Assembly: GCA_038045165.1 (NCBI GenBank)
Contig: JBBSYR010000057.1
Location: 1 to 37,062, forward strand
DNA length: 37,062 nt
From: Nanobdellota archaeon
Lineage (GTDB): Archaea; Nanobdellota; Nanobdellia; Pacearchaeales; GW2011-AR1
Direction: 5' to 3'
Shown: one piece after another, positions 24,697 through 33,371 of the stretch
How the letters are laid out: every line of letters starts with the position of its first letter
How positions within the stretch are numbered: position 1 is the stretch's first letter
Translations under genes and position numbers: made by a program
The notes under the pieces: generated by a model
What the model saw: the letters and a program-made list of their open reading frames with translations, nothing else
The model's database searches: none
What the model was told of the DNA's origin: nothing

Positions 24697-25635
24697 ATGG
24701 CAAAGTTATCAAATCCGCACGCAGGAAGTCTGCAGTTCTGGCCGCGCAAAAGGGCAGAAAAAATTATTCCTAGTGTCAACTGGCAGCCAGTAAAAGGCAA
24801 AGGTCTTCTCGGTTTTATTGCATACAAAGTTGGAATGGCCTCTGTTCTCGTAAAAGACAACACTCCTGATTCAATGACCAAAGGCAAAAAAATAGTTCTC
24901 CCTGTAACAATTCTAGAGATTCCCAATATAAAGGTTTATTCAGTCAGATTCTATAAATTCGGAAAAGTCCTGAAAGACGTTATTGTTTCTAATGATAAAG
25001 AGTTAAAGAGGATAGTAAAACTTCCGAAGCAAATCCTGCCTTTTGATTTTCTGATACCTAAAGATTATGATGACATAAAAATAATTATTTACTCGCTGCC
25101 AAAACAAACTTCAATTAAAAAAACTCCAGACTTAATTGAAATCGCATTTGCTGCAGATGACAAGCTCGCTTTTGTTAAATCTCTTTTAGGCAAAGAGCTC
25201 TCGCTAAAAGAATTTTTTACTTCTGATTTAGTTGATGCTCGCGGTTTGACAATCGGCAAAGGTCTCGTAGGTCCAGTCAAAAGATTTGGCATAACTCTAA
25301 AGCAGCACAAAACAGAAAAAGGAGTCAGGCGCCCAGGAAGCTTATCTCCTTGGCATCCAGCAAGAGTCACTTTCAGAACGCCCATGGCTGGTCAATTAGG
25401 CATGTTCTCACGGGTTCACTATAATCTCAAAGTTATCTCTGCGTCTTCAATTACAGAAAAAGATATCAATCCATCAGGAGGGTTTAAAAATTACGGAAAA
25501 ATAAAATCAAATTATATTCTAATAAAAGGAAGTGTCCAAGGTCCGCCAAAGAGGCAGGTTTTGCTGACTCAATCTTACAGACCGACTAAATCTCCAGCAA
25601 AGAAAAAATATGAACTTATCGAGGTGCTAAGATGA
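24697..25635 (+). CDS. rpl3: 50S ribosomal protein uL3
   Basis: N-terminus PHAGSLQFWPRKRA, plus its operon position. Confidence 0.95.
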   Translation: MAKLSNPHAGSLQFWPRKRAEKIIPSVNWQPVKGKGLLGFIAYKVGMASVLVKDNTPDSMTKGKKIVLPVTILEIPNIKVYSVRFYKFGKVLKDVIVSNDKELKRIVKLPKQILPFDFLIPKDYDDIKIIIYSLPKQTSIKKTPDLIEIAFAADDKLAFVKSLLGKELSLKEFFTSDLVDARGLTIGKGLVGPVKRFGITLKQHKTEKGVRRPGSLSPWHPARVTFRTPMAGQLGMFSRVHYNLKVISASSITEKDINPSGGFKNYGKIKSNYILIKGSVQGPPKRQVLLTQSYRPTKSPAKKKYELIEVLR

Positions 25636-26411
25636 AAGCGCAATTATATTCTCAATCAGGCGAAAAGAAATCAGAAATAGAGCTTCCAGAAATCTTTTCA
25701 AGCAAAATAAGAGAAGACCTCGCCGCAAAATCTTCCGAAGTTGAAAAATTCGAATTAAGGCAGCCATATTCTTCATATTCAGAAGCAGGAAAAAGGCATT
25801 CAGCATCAGGAACAATCAGCCACTTGAGGCACACATGGAAAGGGCATTATGGAAAAGGAATTTCAAGGGTGCCAAGAAAAACAATGTGGAGGCGCGGAAC
25901 TCAATTTTATTGGGTTGGCGCAGAAATTTCAGGCTCAAGAGGGGGCAGAATTTCGCATCCTCCACAAGGCATTTACAGCCAGAGAAAAATAAATAAAAAA
26001 GAAACAAAATTAGCATTCGCCTCTGCTTTCGCAGCAACAGCAAGCAGGCGATTTGTTCTAAAAAGATATTCAACTCTGAATGAAAATGCGCTTCCAGTTA
26101 TTCCTTTAGTAATTGAATCTGTTCCTGCAAAAACAAAAGATTTTCTTTCTGTTCTGGAAAAAATATTCGGCAAAGCTTATTCATTAGTGATAAGAAATAA
26201 GGAAGTTCGTCCAGGCAAAGGCAAAAAAAGAGGCAGAAAATATAAGTCAAATGCTGGCCTTTTGCTCGTCACAGCTGCAGATGAAAAAGTCAAATGCAAA
26301 AATATCGAAGTAAAAGCAGTCAAAGAAATTAATATCGCTGACCTTTATCCTTTAGGCAGGCTCACTTTATATACTAAAAAAGCACTGGAGGAGCTTAAGG
26401 ACATAAAATGA
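25632..26411 (+). CDS. rpl4: 50S ribosomal protein uL4
   Basis: Synteny, plus GKGISRVPR...WRRGTQF and RGGRISHPP motifs. Confidence 0.9.
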   Translation: MKAQLYSQSGEKKSEIELPEIFSSKIREDLAAKSSEVEKFELRQPYSSYSEAGKRHSASGTISHLRHTWKGHYGKGISRVPRKTMWRRGTQFYWVGAEISGSRGGRISHPPQGIYSQRKINKKETKLAFASAFAATASRRFVLKRYSTLNENALPVIPLVIESVPAKTKDFLSVLEKIFGKAYSLVIRNKEVRPGKGKKRGRKYKSNAGLLLVTAADEKVKCKNIEVKAVKEINIADLYPLGRLTLYTKKALEELKDIK

Positions 26412-26650
26412 TACTCAAGCCAGTAACATCAGAAAAAGCAGTAAAAATGATAGAATTAGAAAATACTCTTCTGTTCGAAACAGAGCGCAGGGCAAAAAAG
26501 CAGGAAATAAAAAAAGAAGTCGAGGAAGTTTTTGCAGTCAAAGTTGAGAAAGTCAGGACTTTGATTCATGGAAACGCAAAATTCGCCTACGTAAGATTAA
26601 ACAAATTAAATCCCGCGATAGATGTCGCAAATAAGCTGGGGATTATGTAA
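26408..26650 (+). CDS. rpl23: 50S ribosomal protein uL23
   Basis: 80 aa. ILKPVTSEKAVKMIE..NTLLFE, plus synteny. Confidence 0.9.
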   Translation: MILKPVTSEKAVKMIELENTLLFETERRAKKQEIKKEVEEVFAVKVEKVRTLIHGNAKFAYVRLNKLNPAIDVANKLGIM

Positions 26651-26651
26651 A

Positions 26652-27347
26652 ATGGGCAAGCGAATAATTTCACAGGCGCGAGGGCATGGCTCTCTGACAT
26701 ATCAAGTCAGAAAAAAAGCATATATCTACAAGATAAAATATCCTATGCACGAGGGAGAAGCAGAAATTCTTGACATTCTGCATTCAGCAGCGCACACAGC
26801 GCCGTTGATGAAAATAAAAATAAAAAATGAAATTTTTTACGACCCCGCATTTTCAGGAGCAGTCGTGGGCCAAAAAATAACAATTGGCGGCGAGCCAAAA
26901 GAAGGAAATATTCTAATGTTAAAAAATGTGCCTGTCGGGCTAAGAGTTTATAATCTTGAATTAAATCCTGGAGATGGAGGAAAAATGATAAGAGCGGCAG
27001 GAATGAGTGCATTAGTTTTCAAAAAATTAGATAACAATAAATTTATTATTTTAATGCCGAATAAAAAAGAAGTTAATGTCAGCGGCGATTGCAGGGTTAC
27101 CATAGGCACAATTGCCGGCGAAGACAGAAAATTGAAGCCATTTATAAAAGCAGGAAAAATGTTCTATAAGATGAAAGCCAGAAACAAGCTTTGGCCAAGA
27201 ACTTCAGCAGTCAAGATGAATGCAGTAGACCATCCTTTCGGCTCAGGCAGAGGCAAAAGAATTAAGTCCAAAATAGCAAAGAGAAATGCTCCGCCAGGAA
27301 CAAGAGTAGGGCATATTCGCCCAAGCAGAACAGGGAGGAGAAAATAA
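26652..27347 (+). CDS. rpl2: 50S ribosomal protein uL2
   Basis: MGKRIISQARGHGS start. C-terminal VDHPFGSGRG and GRRK. The track start 26622 is rejected because it overlaps uL23. Confidence 0.95.
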   Translation: MGKRIISQARGHGSLTYQVRKKAYIYKIKYPMHEGEAEILDILHSAAHTAPLMKIKIKNEIFYDPAFSGAVVGQKITIGGEPKEGNILMLKNVPVGLRVYNLELNPGDGGKMIRAAGMSALVFKKLDNNKFIILMPNKKEVNVSGDCRVTIGTIAGEDRKLKPFIKAGKMFYKMKARNKLWPRTSAVKMNAVDHPFGSGRGKRIKSKIAKRNAPPGTRVGHIRPSRTGRRK

Positions 27348-27405
27348 ATGAGTTTAGATAAGAGAAAAGACAGAATAGCAATAGTAATAAAGAGGTCACA
27401 ATAAT

Positions 27406-27810
27406 ATGGCAGATGAAATAATAGTAAAATCAAAAGAATTGTTCTATAGAGGCAAACATCTGGAAGAATTGAAAAAACTCGATGTGCGGGAGTTTGCAAA
27501 ATATCTTCCATCAAGAAGCAGGCGCACGGTTTTGCGAAACTTCGATTCAATAGAAAAATTTGTCAATCTTTGCGAAGAAAAAATCTCCCGCAATAAAAAA
27601 ATAAAAACTCATTTAAGAGACATAGTTATTGTTCCGAAAATGGTTGGAATGGCAATTCAGGTGTACACTGGCAAATCTTTTAATGAAGTTAGAATCACCC
27701 ATCTAATGATTGGCCATCGCCTTGGAGAATTTGCATTAACAAGGCAGAGAGTTCATCATGGAAATCCAGGCATTGGAGCCACTAAGAGCTCATCTGCGGA
27801 GGCTAAATAA
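27406..27810 (+). CDS. rps19: 30S ribosomal protein uS19
   Basis: GKSFNEVRITHLMIGHRLGEFALTR, plus synteny. Confidence 0.93.
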   Translation: MADEIIVKSKELFYRGKHLEELKKLDVREFAKYLPSRSRRTVLRNFDSIEKFVNLCEEKISRNKKIKTHLRDIVIVPKMVGMAIQVYTGKSFNEVRITHLMIGHRLGEFALTRQRVHHGNPGIGATKSSSAEAK

Positions 27811-27811
27811 A

Positions 27812-28546
27812 ATGGAAAAACAATACGTTCAAAAAAAAGCAAAAGCATCACAATTGAGCAAAGCAATTGAAAATAAGGATATTAAGAAATCTCCAGATAA
27901 GTCTCCTGCCTCTCTCGCTGGTAATTCCACTTCCGCTTCTTCATCCCCTTCTCAATCTTCTCCTGCTCCCCAATCTGCCACTCCAGCATCTTCCTCTCAA
28001 CCTTCATCTTCTCAAACATCCCCTTCAGCTCCAACAGAAAAAACAGAAGAAAAAGAAAAAAAGCCAAAAGAAGCAGTTAAAGTTAAAAAAGAGGAAGCTA
28101 TTGCAAAAGGCCTCAATCTTCATGCTTCAAAAAAGCACTGCATGTATATCTGTTCATTTATTAAAAACAAATCCATTGACTGGGCAATTTTGGAATTGCA
28201 GAAAGTTATTCAGCTAAAAAGACCTATTCCATTTAAGGGCGAAATTCCCCACAGAAGTTATCCAGGAATGATGTCTGGCAGATATCCTGTAAGCGCATCA
28301 AAGCAATTTATTAATATTTTAAAAGCACTAAAAGGCAATGTAATTGCCAATGGCATGGAATTAGAAAAAACCCGCATTTATTTTGGCTCAGCAAATTGGG
28401 CTTCCCGCCCTCAGAAACGCGGCGGAGCAAGGTTCAAAAGAACCCATGTCTTGTTAAAGGCAAAAGAATTTAATAGTGAAAATAAAGCACAAATGAAAAC
28501 CCAAAAATCAGAAAAAACTGAAATAAAGTCGGAGGCGGAGAAATAA
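27812..28546 (+). CDS. rpl22: 50S ribosomal protein uL22 with a long S/P-rich N-terminal extension
   Basis: uL22 core (LHASKKHCMYICSFIKNKSIDWAILELQKVI...RYPVSASKQF...) preceded by about 95 aa of K-rich then S/P-rich sequence. Start at the TAA-A-ATG junction. Confidence 0.85.
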   Translation: MEKQYVQKKAKASQLSKAIENKDIKKSPDKSPASLAGNSTSASSSPSQSSPAPQSATPASSSQPSSSQTSPSAPTEKTEEKEKKPKEAVKVKKEEAIAKGLNLHASKKHCMYICSFIKNKSIDWAILELQKVIQLKRPIPFKGEIPHRSYPGMMSGRYPVSASKQFINILKALKGNVIANGMELEKTRIYFGSANWASRPQKRGGARFKRTHVLLKAKEFNSENKAQMKTQKSEKTEIKSEAEK

Positions 28547-28547
28547 A

Positions 28548-29258
28548 ATGGACGAGAAAAAATTTGTGGGTTTTAAGAAAGAAGAACTTGGCGTCAAGGA
28601 ATATGTAAAAAGAGCTCTCGGCAAGGGAAAAATAAGCAATATCTCAATTGAATATATCCCGGTTGGAGAAAAAATAGTCGTTGCTACAAGCAAGCCAGGT
28701 CTCGTCATCGGCAGGCGCGGAGAAAAAATAGAAGAATTGACAAGAGTTATTAAAAAAAGATTTCACTTTGACAATCCTCACGTTGAAATAAAAGAAATTA
28801 CAGAGCCATTCTTCGACGCTCATCTTGTTGCTGATGAAATTGCCATGGGATTGGAAAGAGAAGGCTCTTTAAAATTCAAAGTCATTGCTTACAAAATGCT
28901 TCAGGAGATAATGCGGCGCGGCGCCCTCGGAGTAGAAATAGTCCTTTCAGGCAAACTTCCAAGTGAACGAGCAAGGAGCTGGAGATTTGCCCAAGGTTAC
29001 TTGAAAAAAACAGGCAATCCTGCAAAAGTAGTTGATAGGGCAATTTCTCAAGCTAAAACACTTCCAGGCATAATTGGAATTAAGGTAAGCATTCTTCCGC
29101 CAAAGGCCCACATCCATGACAGAATTGTAATAGACGACGCATTAAGAAAGAAAGTCAGCTTTTTGGAAGAAGCTCCAAAAGAAGTCATTCAAGAAGAAAA
29201 AAAGCCAAAGAAAATAAGAAAAAAGAAAGAACAGGAGGCAGAAAATGGCGTTGATTAA
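28548..29258 (+). CDS. rps3: 30S ribosomal protein uS3
   Basis: KH domain GLVIGRRGEKIEEL, plus synteny. K/E-rich tail. Confidence 0.93.
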   Translation: MDEKKFVGFKKEELGVKEYVKRALGKGKISNISIEYIPVGEKIVVATSKPGLVIGRRGEKIEELTRVIKKRFHFDNPHVEIKEITEPFFDAHLVADEIAMGLEREGSLKFKVIAYKMLQEIMRRGALGVEIVLSGKLPSERARSWRFAQGYLKKTGNPAKVVDRAISQAKTLPGIIGIKVSILPPKAHIHDRIVIDDALRKKVSFLEEAPKEVIQEEKKPKKIRKKKEQEAENGVD

Positions 29259-29442
29259 ACTTTCAGACATAAAGAAAATGAATTCTCAAGATAAAAAGGA
29301 TAAAATAAAAGAGCTAAAACTTGAATTAATAAAAAGCCACGTTACTGCAAATACAAATATGAAAACCAAAGAGATTAAAAGGGCTATTGCTCGGTTAATT
29401 ACATTCAACATCCTCCATAAGGAGGAGCTGAATAAGAAGTAA
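29245..29442 (+). CDS. rpl29: 50S ribosomal protein uL29
   Basis: 65 aa, helical K-rich (KELKLELIKS...IKRAIARL), plus synteny. Confidence 0.85.
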   Translation: MALIKLSDIKKMNSQDKKDKIKELKLELIKSHVTANTNMKTKEIKRAIARLITFNILHKEELNKK

Positions 29443-29443
29443 T

Positions 29444-29743
29444 ATGGACACAGATCCACGACTAGGATTGCCAACTGAAACAGGAGTATTTGAAGAGATT
29501 GCAAAAGGCGAACAGAAAATAAATGTTTCAACTGTATCGCGTAGATACGGCAAAATAACAACCCTTGTAAGCGGATTTGACAAAAACTTCGATATCAAAG
29601 GCACTGCAAAGCACCTTAAAGAGCAGCTCGCCTGCGGCGGCACCATCAAGGATGGTGTCATAGAACTTCAAGGAAATCACAAGAAGCAAGTAAAGCCAAT
29701 ACTCATGAAACTTGGTTTTCCAGAAGAATCAATTTCAGATTAA
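29444..29743 (+). CDS. sui1: translation initiation factor aSUI1 (eIF1 homologue)
   Basis: GKITTLVSGFD...LKEQLACGGTIKDGVIELQGNH. Canonical position after uL29. Confidence 0.88.
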   Translation: MDTDPRLGLPTETGVFEEIAKGEQKINVSTVSRRYGKITTLVSGFDKNFDIKGTAKHLKEQLACGGTIKDGVIELQGNHKKQVKPILMKLGFPEESISD

Positions 29744-29747
29744 TAAA

Positions 29748-30107
29748 ATGGAAAAGAAAAAAACAAAAACAGAAGACAATAAGCAAAAAGAAATAGCAGC
29801 GCCAAGCGCGCCAGATAAATTAATTGCAAATAGAGGCAGAACTTTTAAAGGAGTTGTAGTAAAAAAGTTTCCTACTCGGGTAGTTGTTGAATTCGGGCGA
29901 GTTGTTTTTGTTCCAAAATATGATCGTTTCTACAAGAAAAAAACAAGGATTCATGCGAGGCTTCCCCAAGGAATAGAAGTTAATGTCAATGATTATGTAA
30001 AAGTTGCAGAATGCCGTCCTTTAAGCAAAATTATTCATCATGTGGTCATAGAAAAAATACTTTCTATAGAAGAAGCACATTCAGAAAATTCAGAGGAGAA
30101 AAAATAA
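29748..30107 (+). CDS. rps17: 30S ribosomal protein uS17
   Basis: GRTFKGVVVKK...VPKYDRFYKKKTRIHA...GDYVKVAECRPLSK-like pattern, plus synteny. Confidence 0.9.
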   Translation: MEKKKTKTEDNKQKEIAAPSAPDKLIANRGRTFKGVVVKKFPTRVVVEFGRVVFVPKYDRFYKKKTRIHARLPQGIEVNVNDYVKVAECRPLSKIIHHVVIEKILSIEEAHSENSEEKK

Positions 30108-30108
30108 A

Positions 30109-30447
30109 ATGATAAACCCAGAGCAATTAGAAAGAAATCCAGAAGTTATATTAATAATAAAAGGAGAACGAATAAACGCGAGATACATAAGCCTGACAGC
30201 AAGGCGAGATTTAGGAATAAGAACCGCAGAAGATAATGCAGTTTTTGCTCAAGAAGACACAGAAAGAGAGTATATACAAACGTTGAGCATGCCGTATTCT
30301 GATTTAATTGAAGAAGGCAATTTAGTAAGATTAATTGATGATAAAATTTCTGGCACGTTATATTGGCAAACAGGCAGTTTATCTGGCAAGAGAGAAACAT
30401 TCAGAAAACTTCACAAATTTTTACATTCTCAGGAGGTCGCACAATGA
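30109..30447 (+). CDS. ORFan A (112 aa) inserted in the ribosomal operon
   Basis: The full-length ORF fills the gap exactly. TAA-A-ATG junction with uS17. No recognisable motif. Net acidic, with Arg more frequent than Lys. Confidence 0.6.
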   Translation: MINPEQLERNPEVILIIKGERINARYISLTARRDLGIRTAEDNAVFAQEDTEREYIQTLSMPYSDLIEEGNLVRLIDDKISGTLYWQTGSLSGKRETFRKLHKFLHSQEVAQ

Positions 30448-30791
30448 TAGCCTTTGAAGACATAGAAAAAAAGTATTTGCAGGCAAGAGAATGTATGGCT
30501 GATATTATTCAGGCAGTGTCAACTGATAATTATCCTCCTCATGCTACGTGGATTCATCCTCCAGCAATGGCAAGATGGCTCTACCTTTCAAGCTGTGAAT
30601 TTTTAAAAGATTATACTAAAATATCTGGTATGTTTAGGTCAGAAAATGTTGAACAAAGTGCAAAAATAGATTTATGGCGAGACGAATTAGACCAAAAAGT
30701 TAATCATATATGGAATATAGGACCTGATAGATTTATACAAGAAGCAGTAAAAAGGACACTATCTCCTTCTATTAGGGAGCTCTGTGCATAA
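30444..30791 (+). CDS. ORFan B (115 aa) inserted in the ribosomal operon
   Basis: AGGAGG at 30431..30436. ATGA overlap with ORFan A and TAATG overlap with uL14. Probably helical. No recognisable motif. Confidence 0.6.
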   Translation: MIAFEDIEKKYLQARECMADIIQAVSTDNYPPHATWIHPPAMARWLYLSSCEFLKDYTKISGMFRSENVEQSAKIDLWRDELDQKVNHIWNIGPDRFIQEAVKRTLSPSIRELCA

Positions 30792-31192
30792 TGAAAGCAA
30801 TTAATGCATCGGTCACGCGAGGTTTAAACATCGGCAGTCAAGTTGTTGCTGCAGACAACAGCGGAGCAAGAATAGTTAGAATAACCGGAGTCAAGCACGG
30901 AAAAACCAAAAAAGGAAGACAGCAATATGCAAAAGTCGCTGATTGGGTTAAAGTTTCAGTTCGAGCAGGAAAACCAGATATGAAAGGTCAGGTATTTGAT
31001 GCAGTAGTCATAAGGCAAAAAAAGCCGTATATGCGCCTGACAGGTGAGCGTGTCTGTTTCGAAGATAATGCAGTTGCTCTGCTTAAAGATGAAAAAGGAA
31101 ATCCAAAAGGCACAATGATTAAGGGGCCAGTCGCAAAAGAAATTCATGAAAGGTGGGCGCAAGTTGCAAAAATCGCGCAATATGTTTTATGA
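30791..31192 (+). CDS. rpl14: 50S ribosomal protein uL14
   Basis: VADNSGAR...VIRQKKP..R..G....FEDNA. Confidence 0.95.
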   Translation: MKAINASVTRGLNIGSQVVAADNSGARIVRITGVKHGKTKKGRQQYAKVADWVKVSVRAGKPDMKGQVFDAVVIRQKKPYMRLTGERVCFEDNAVALLKDEKGNPKGTMIKGPVAKEIHERWAQVAKIAQYVL

Positions 31193-31593
31193 AATCTCAT
31201 TTTTCATCCCATTGGAATGCAAGCAGGCAGCCGAGGAAGCAAAGAAAATACACTCACAACGCCCCGCTTTCCACAAGGCATAAATTTTTAAGCGCTCAAT
31301 TGTCAAAAGAATTAAGGAAAAAGCATGGCAAGAGATCCCTTCCCTTAAGAAAAGGCGACGAAGTGCTTGTCATGCGGGGCAGTTTTAAGAAGAAGAAAGC
31401 AAAAATCTCTTCAGCTGATCTAAAGAGTTCAATTGTATTCTTGGAAGGATTGCAAAGACAGAAAAAAGACGGAACAAAAGTAAATGTTCCTTTTCACCCA
31501 AGCAATCTTCAGATTCAATCTTTAAACTTAGACGACAAGAAAAGAGCAGATTCATTAAAGCCAGCTACACATAAACAGGAGGAGAAAAAATAA
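31189..31593 (+). CDS. rpl24: 50S ribosomal protein uL24
   Basis: KOW motif LRKGDEVLVMRGSFKKKKAKI. ATGA junction with uL14. Confidence 0.9.
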   Translation: MKSHFSSHWNASRQPRKQRKYTHNAPLSTRHKFLSAQLSKELRKKHGKRSLPLRKGDEVLVMRGSFKKKKAKISSADLKSSIVFLEGLQRQKKDGTKVNVPFHPSNLQIQSLNLDDKKRADSLKPATHKQEEKK

Positions 31594-31594
31594 A

Positions 31595-32212
31595 ATGCAC
31601 CAAACAAGAAGAGAATCATCGACAAAATTACCAATTCCAAGAAAAGGAACAAAATACCTAGTCAGAGCCTCAAGCCATATTAAAAATTCTATTCCCGTGC
31701 TGATTGCCCTAAGAGATATGCTTAAATTAGCGAGAAACGCAAAAGAGGCAAAAAGCATAATCAAAGAAAAAGAAATAAAAATAAACGGAAAGAGAGTAAA
31801 AGACTATCACGAAAGTATTAAGCTGTTCAATATACTCGAAGCAGATAAAACATACGTGTTATCTCTTCTTCCGACTAAAAAATTTATTCTACAAGAATCA
31901 AAAATAAATTTCCGCTTATGCAAAGTCACAGGAAAAAGATTAATTAAAGGAAATACAACACAGATTAATTTGCATGACGGCTCAAATCTTTTAACTAAAG
32001 AGAAAGCAAATGTCGGCGACTCAATTTATCTCGATTTTGCAGGCAAAATAAAGAAAATAGTTCCATTAGAAAAAGGAAAAGAAGTATTTGTCATTGATGG
32101 CAAGCATACAGGCCAGAAAGGCACAATCTCTAGTATAGAAAACAAAAAAGCAGATATTCAATTTAAAGAAGGCGTATTTCAGATTGACTTTGGGAGGGTT
32201 GTCGCGCTATGA
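31595..32212 (+). CDS. rps4e: 30S ribosomal protein eS4
   Basis: STKLPIPRKGTKYLVR N-terminus. KOW-like GKEVFVIDGKHTGQKGTI. Confidence 0.9.
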   Translation: MHQTRRESSTKLPIPRKGTKYLVRASSHIKNSIPVLIALRDMLKLARNAKEAKSIIKEKEIKINGKRVKDYHESIKLFNILEADKTYVLSLLPTKKFILQESKINFRLCKVTGKRLIKGNTTQINLHDGSNLLTKEKANVGDSIYLDFAGKIKKIVPLEKGKEVFVIDGKHTGQKGTISSIENKKADIQFKEGVFQIDFGRVVAL

Positions 32213-32763
32213 GTTCAAAATCAGAAAAGCCAAAACCAAAAAAAGCAGAAGAAAAAGTTCAGGCTGAAAATCCAATGAGAAAAATATTCATAGAAAAAGT
32301 CCTATTAAGCGCAGGAGCAACTGGAGACAATTTGCTGAAAGCGAAAAAGCTTCTCGAGATTCTTTCAAGCAGCAAAGCTCAAATAATTGCCTCAACAAAA
32401 AGAATTCCAGATTTTGGCATTAGCCCAGGTTTAGAAGTCGGAACAAGAGTCACTTTAAGGGGAGACAAAGCAACTGAACTTTTAAAAAGATTACTAAGTG
32501 CAATAGACAACAAAATTAAAAAAAAGCAAGTTGTTGAAAATAATTTTTCCTTCGGCGTTAAAGAGTATATAGAAATTCCAGGAATGGAATACCAAAGAGA
32601 CATAGGGATTCGCGGATTTAATGTAAATGTTGTCTTTATCAGAAAGGGCATTAGAATCTCTTTAAAAAAGATAAAATCTAGCAAAATTCCAAAAAAGCAA
32701 AGAGTTTCAAAAAAAGAAATAATCAAATTTATGGAGGATAATTTCAAAACGGAATTTATTTAA
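32209..32763 (+). CDS. rpl5: 50S ribosomal protein uL5
   Basis: NPMRKIFIEKVLLSAG....GLEVGTRVTLRG, plus synteny. Confidence 0.93.
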   Translation: MSSKSEKPKPKKAEEKVQAENPMRKIFIEKVLLSAGATGDNLLKAKKLLEILSSSKAQIIASTKRIPDFGISPGLEVGTRVTLRGDKATELLKRLLSAIDNKIKKKQVVENNFSFGVKEYIEIPGMEYQRDIGIRGFNVNVVFIRKGIRISLKKIKSSKIPKKQRVSKKEIIKFMEDNFKTEFI

Positions 32764-32764
32764 A

Positions 32765-32995
32765 ATGACAGCCAGCGACCATAGCAAAATATTAAAGCAG
32801 TTGAGAAATAAGCCGGCAGTTATGCAGAAATTCCTGCGCCATTGCAAGCCAAAAGACAGGAAAACAGGAATAGCTGCAAGAAAATGCGAGCGATGCGGCC
32901 GCTTTGGCGCTCATCTCAAGCAATATAATCTAAATTTATGCCGGCAGTGCTTCAGGGAGATTGCAGAAGAAATCGGCTTTGAAAAATACAATTAA
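32765..32995 (+). CDS. rps14: 30S ribosomal protein uS14 (Zn type)
   Basis: CERCGR....LNLCRQCFRE. Start 32765 is chosen from the TAA-A-ATG junction. An internal ATG at 32822 would give the more usual ~57 aa. Confidence 0.85.
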   Translation: MTASDHSKILKQLRNKPAVMQKFLRHCKPKDRKTGIAARKCERCGRFGAHLKQYNLNLCRQCFREIAEEIGFEKYN

Positions 32996-32996
32996 T

Positions 32997-33371
32997 ATGA
33001 GTCAAGATAAAATCGCAGATGCTTTGAATCAAATGATGAACGCTCTAAGAGCAGAAAAAGATTCTATAGTTGTAAATGCGCACTCAAAGTTATTGCTTTC
33101 AATTCTCGCGCTTGCAAAACTTAAAGGTTATGTTAAAAATTATAAATTAGCAGGAAAATCTGTTTCAATAGAATTTGCAAAGCTTAATGGGTGTAATGCA
33201 ATAAAACCGAGATATTTTGTTAAAGTTGAAGAAATCGACAAGTATACTAAGAGATATCTTCCTGCAAAAGAAATTGGAATGCTCATCGTTTCAACCAGCC
33301 AAGGAATAATGGCTCATCAGACAGCTCAAGAAAAGAATATAGGGGGGAGCTTATTAGCTTATTTTTACTAA
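32997..33371 (+). CDS. rps8: 30S ribosomal protein uS8
   Basis: DKIADALNQMMNA....LKGYVKNY....GGSLLAYFY. Confidence 0.93.
   Translation: MSQDKIADALNQMMNALRAEKDSIVVNAHSKLLLSILALAKLKGYVKNYKLAGKSVSIEFAKLNGCNAIKPRYFVKVEEIDKYTKRYLPAKEIGMLIVSTSQGIMAHQTAQEKNIGGSLLAYFY

Noticed and set aside
27867-28217. Overlapping ORFs (27867..28217 plus strand, 27882..28067 minus strand) inside rpl22
   Set aside because: They are alternative-frame products of the S/P/K low-complexity tract. The uL22 frame is continuous with the recognisable core and with the TAA-A-ATG junction.
30109-30447. ORFan A as a displaced Rpp29 (RNase P protein)
   Set aside because: It sits on the wrong side of uS17, and I could not align the Sm-like Rpp29 core pattern to it.
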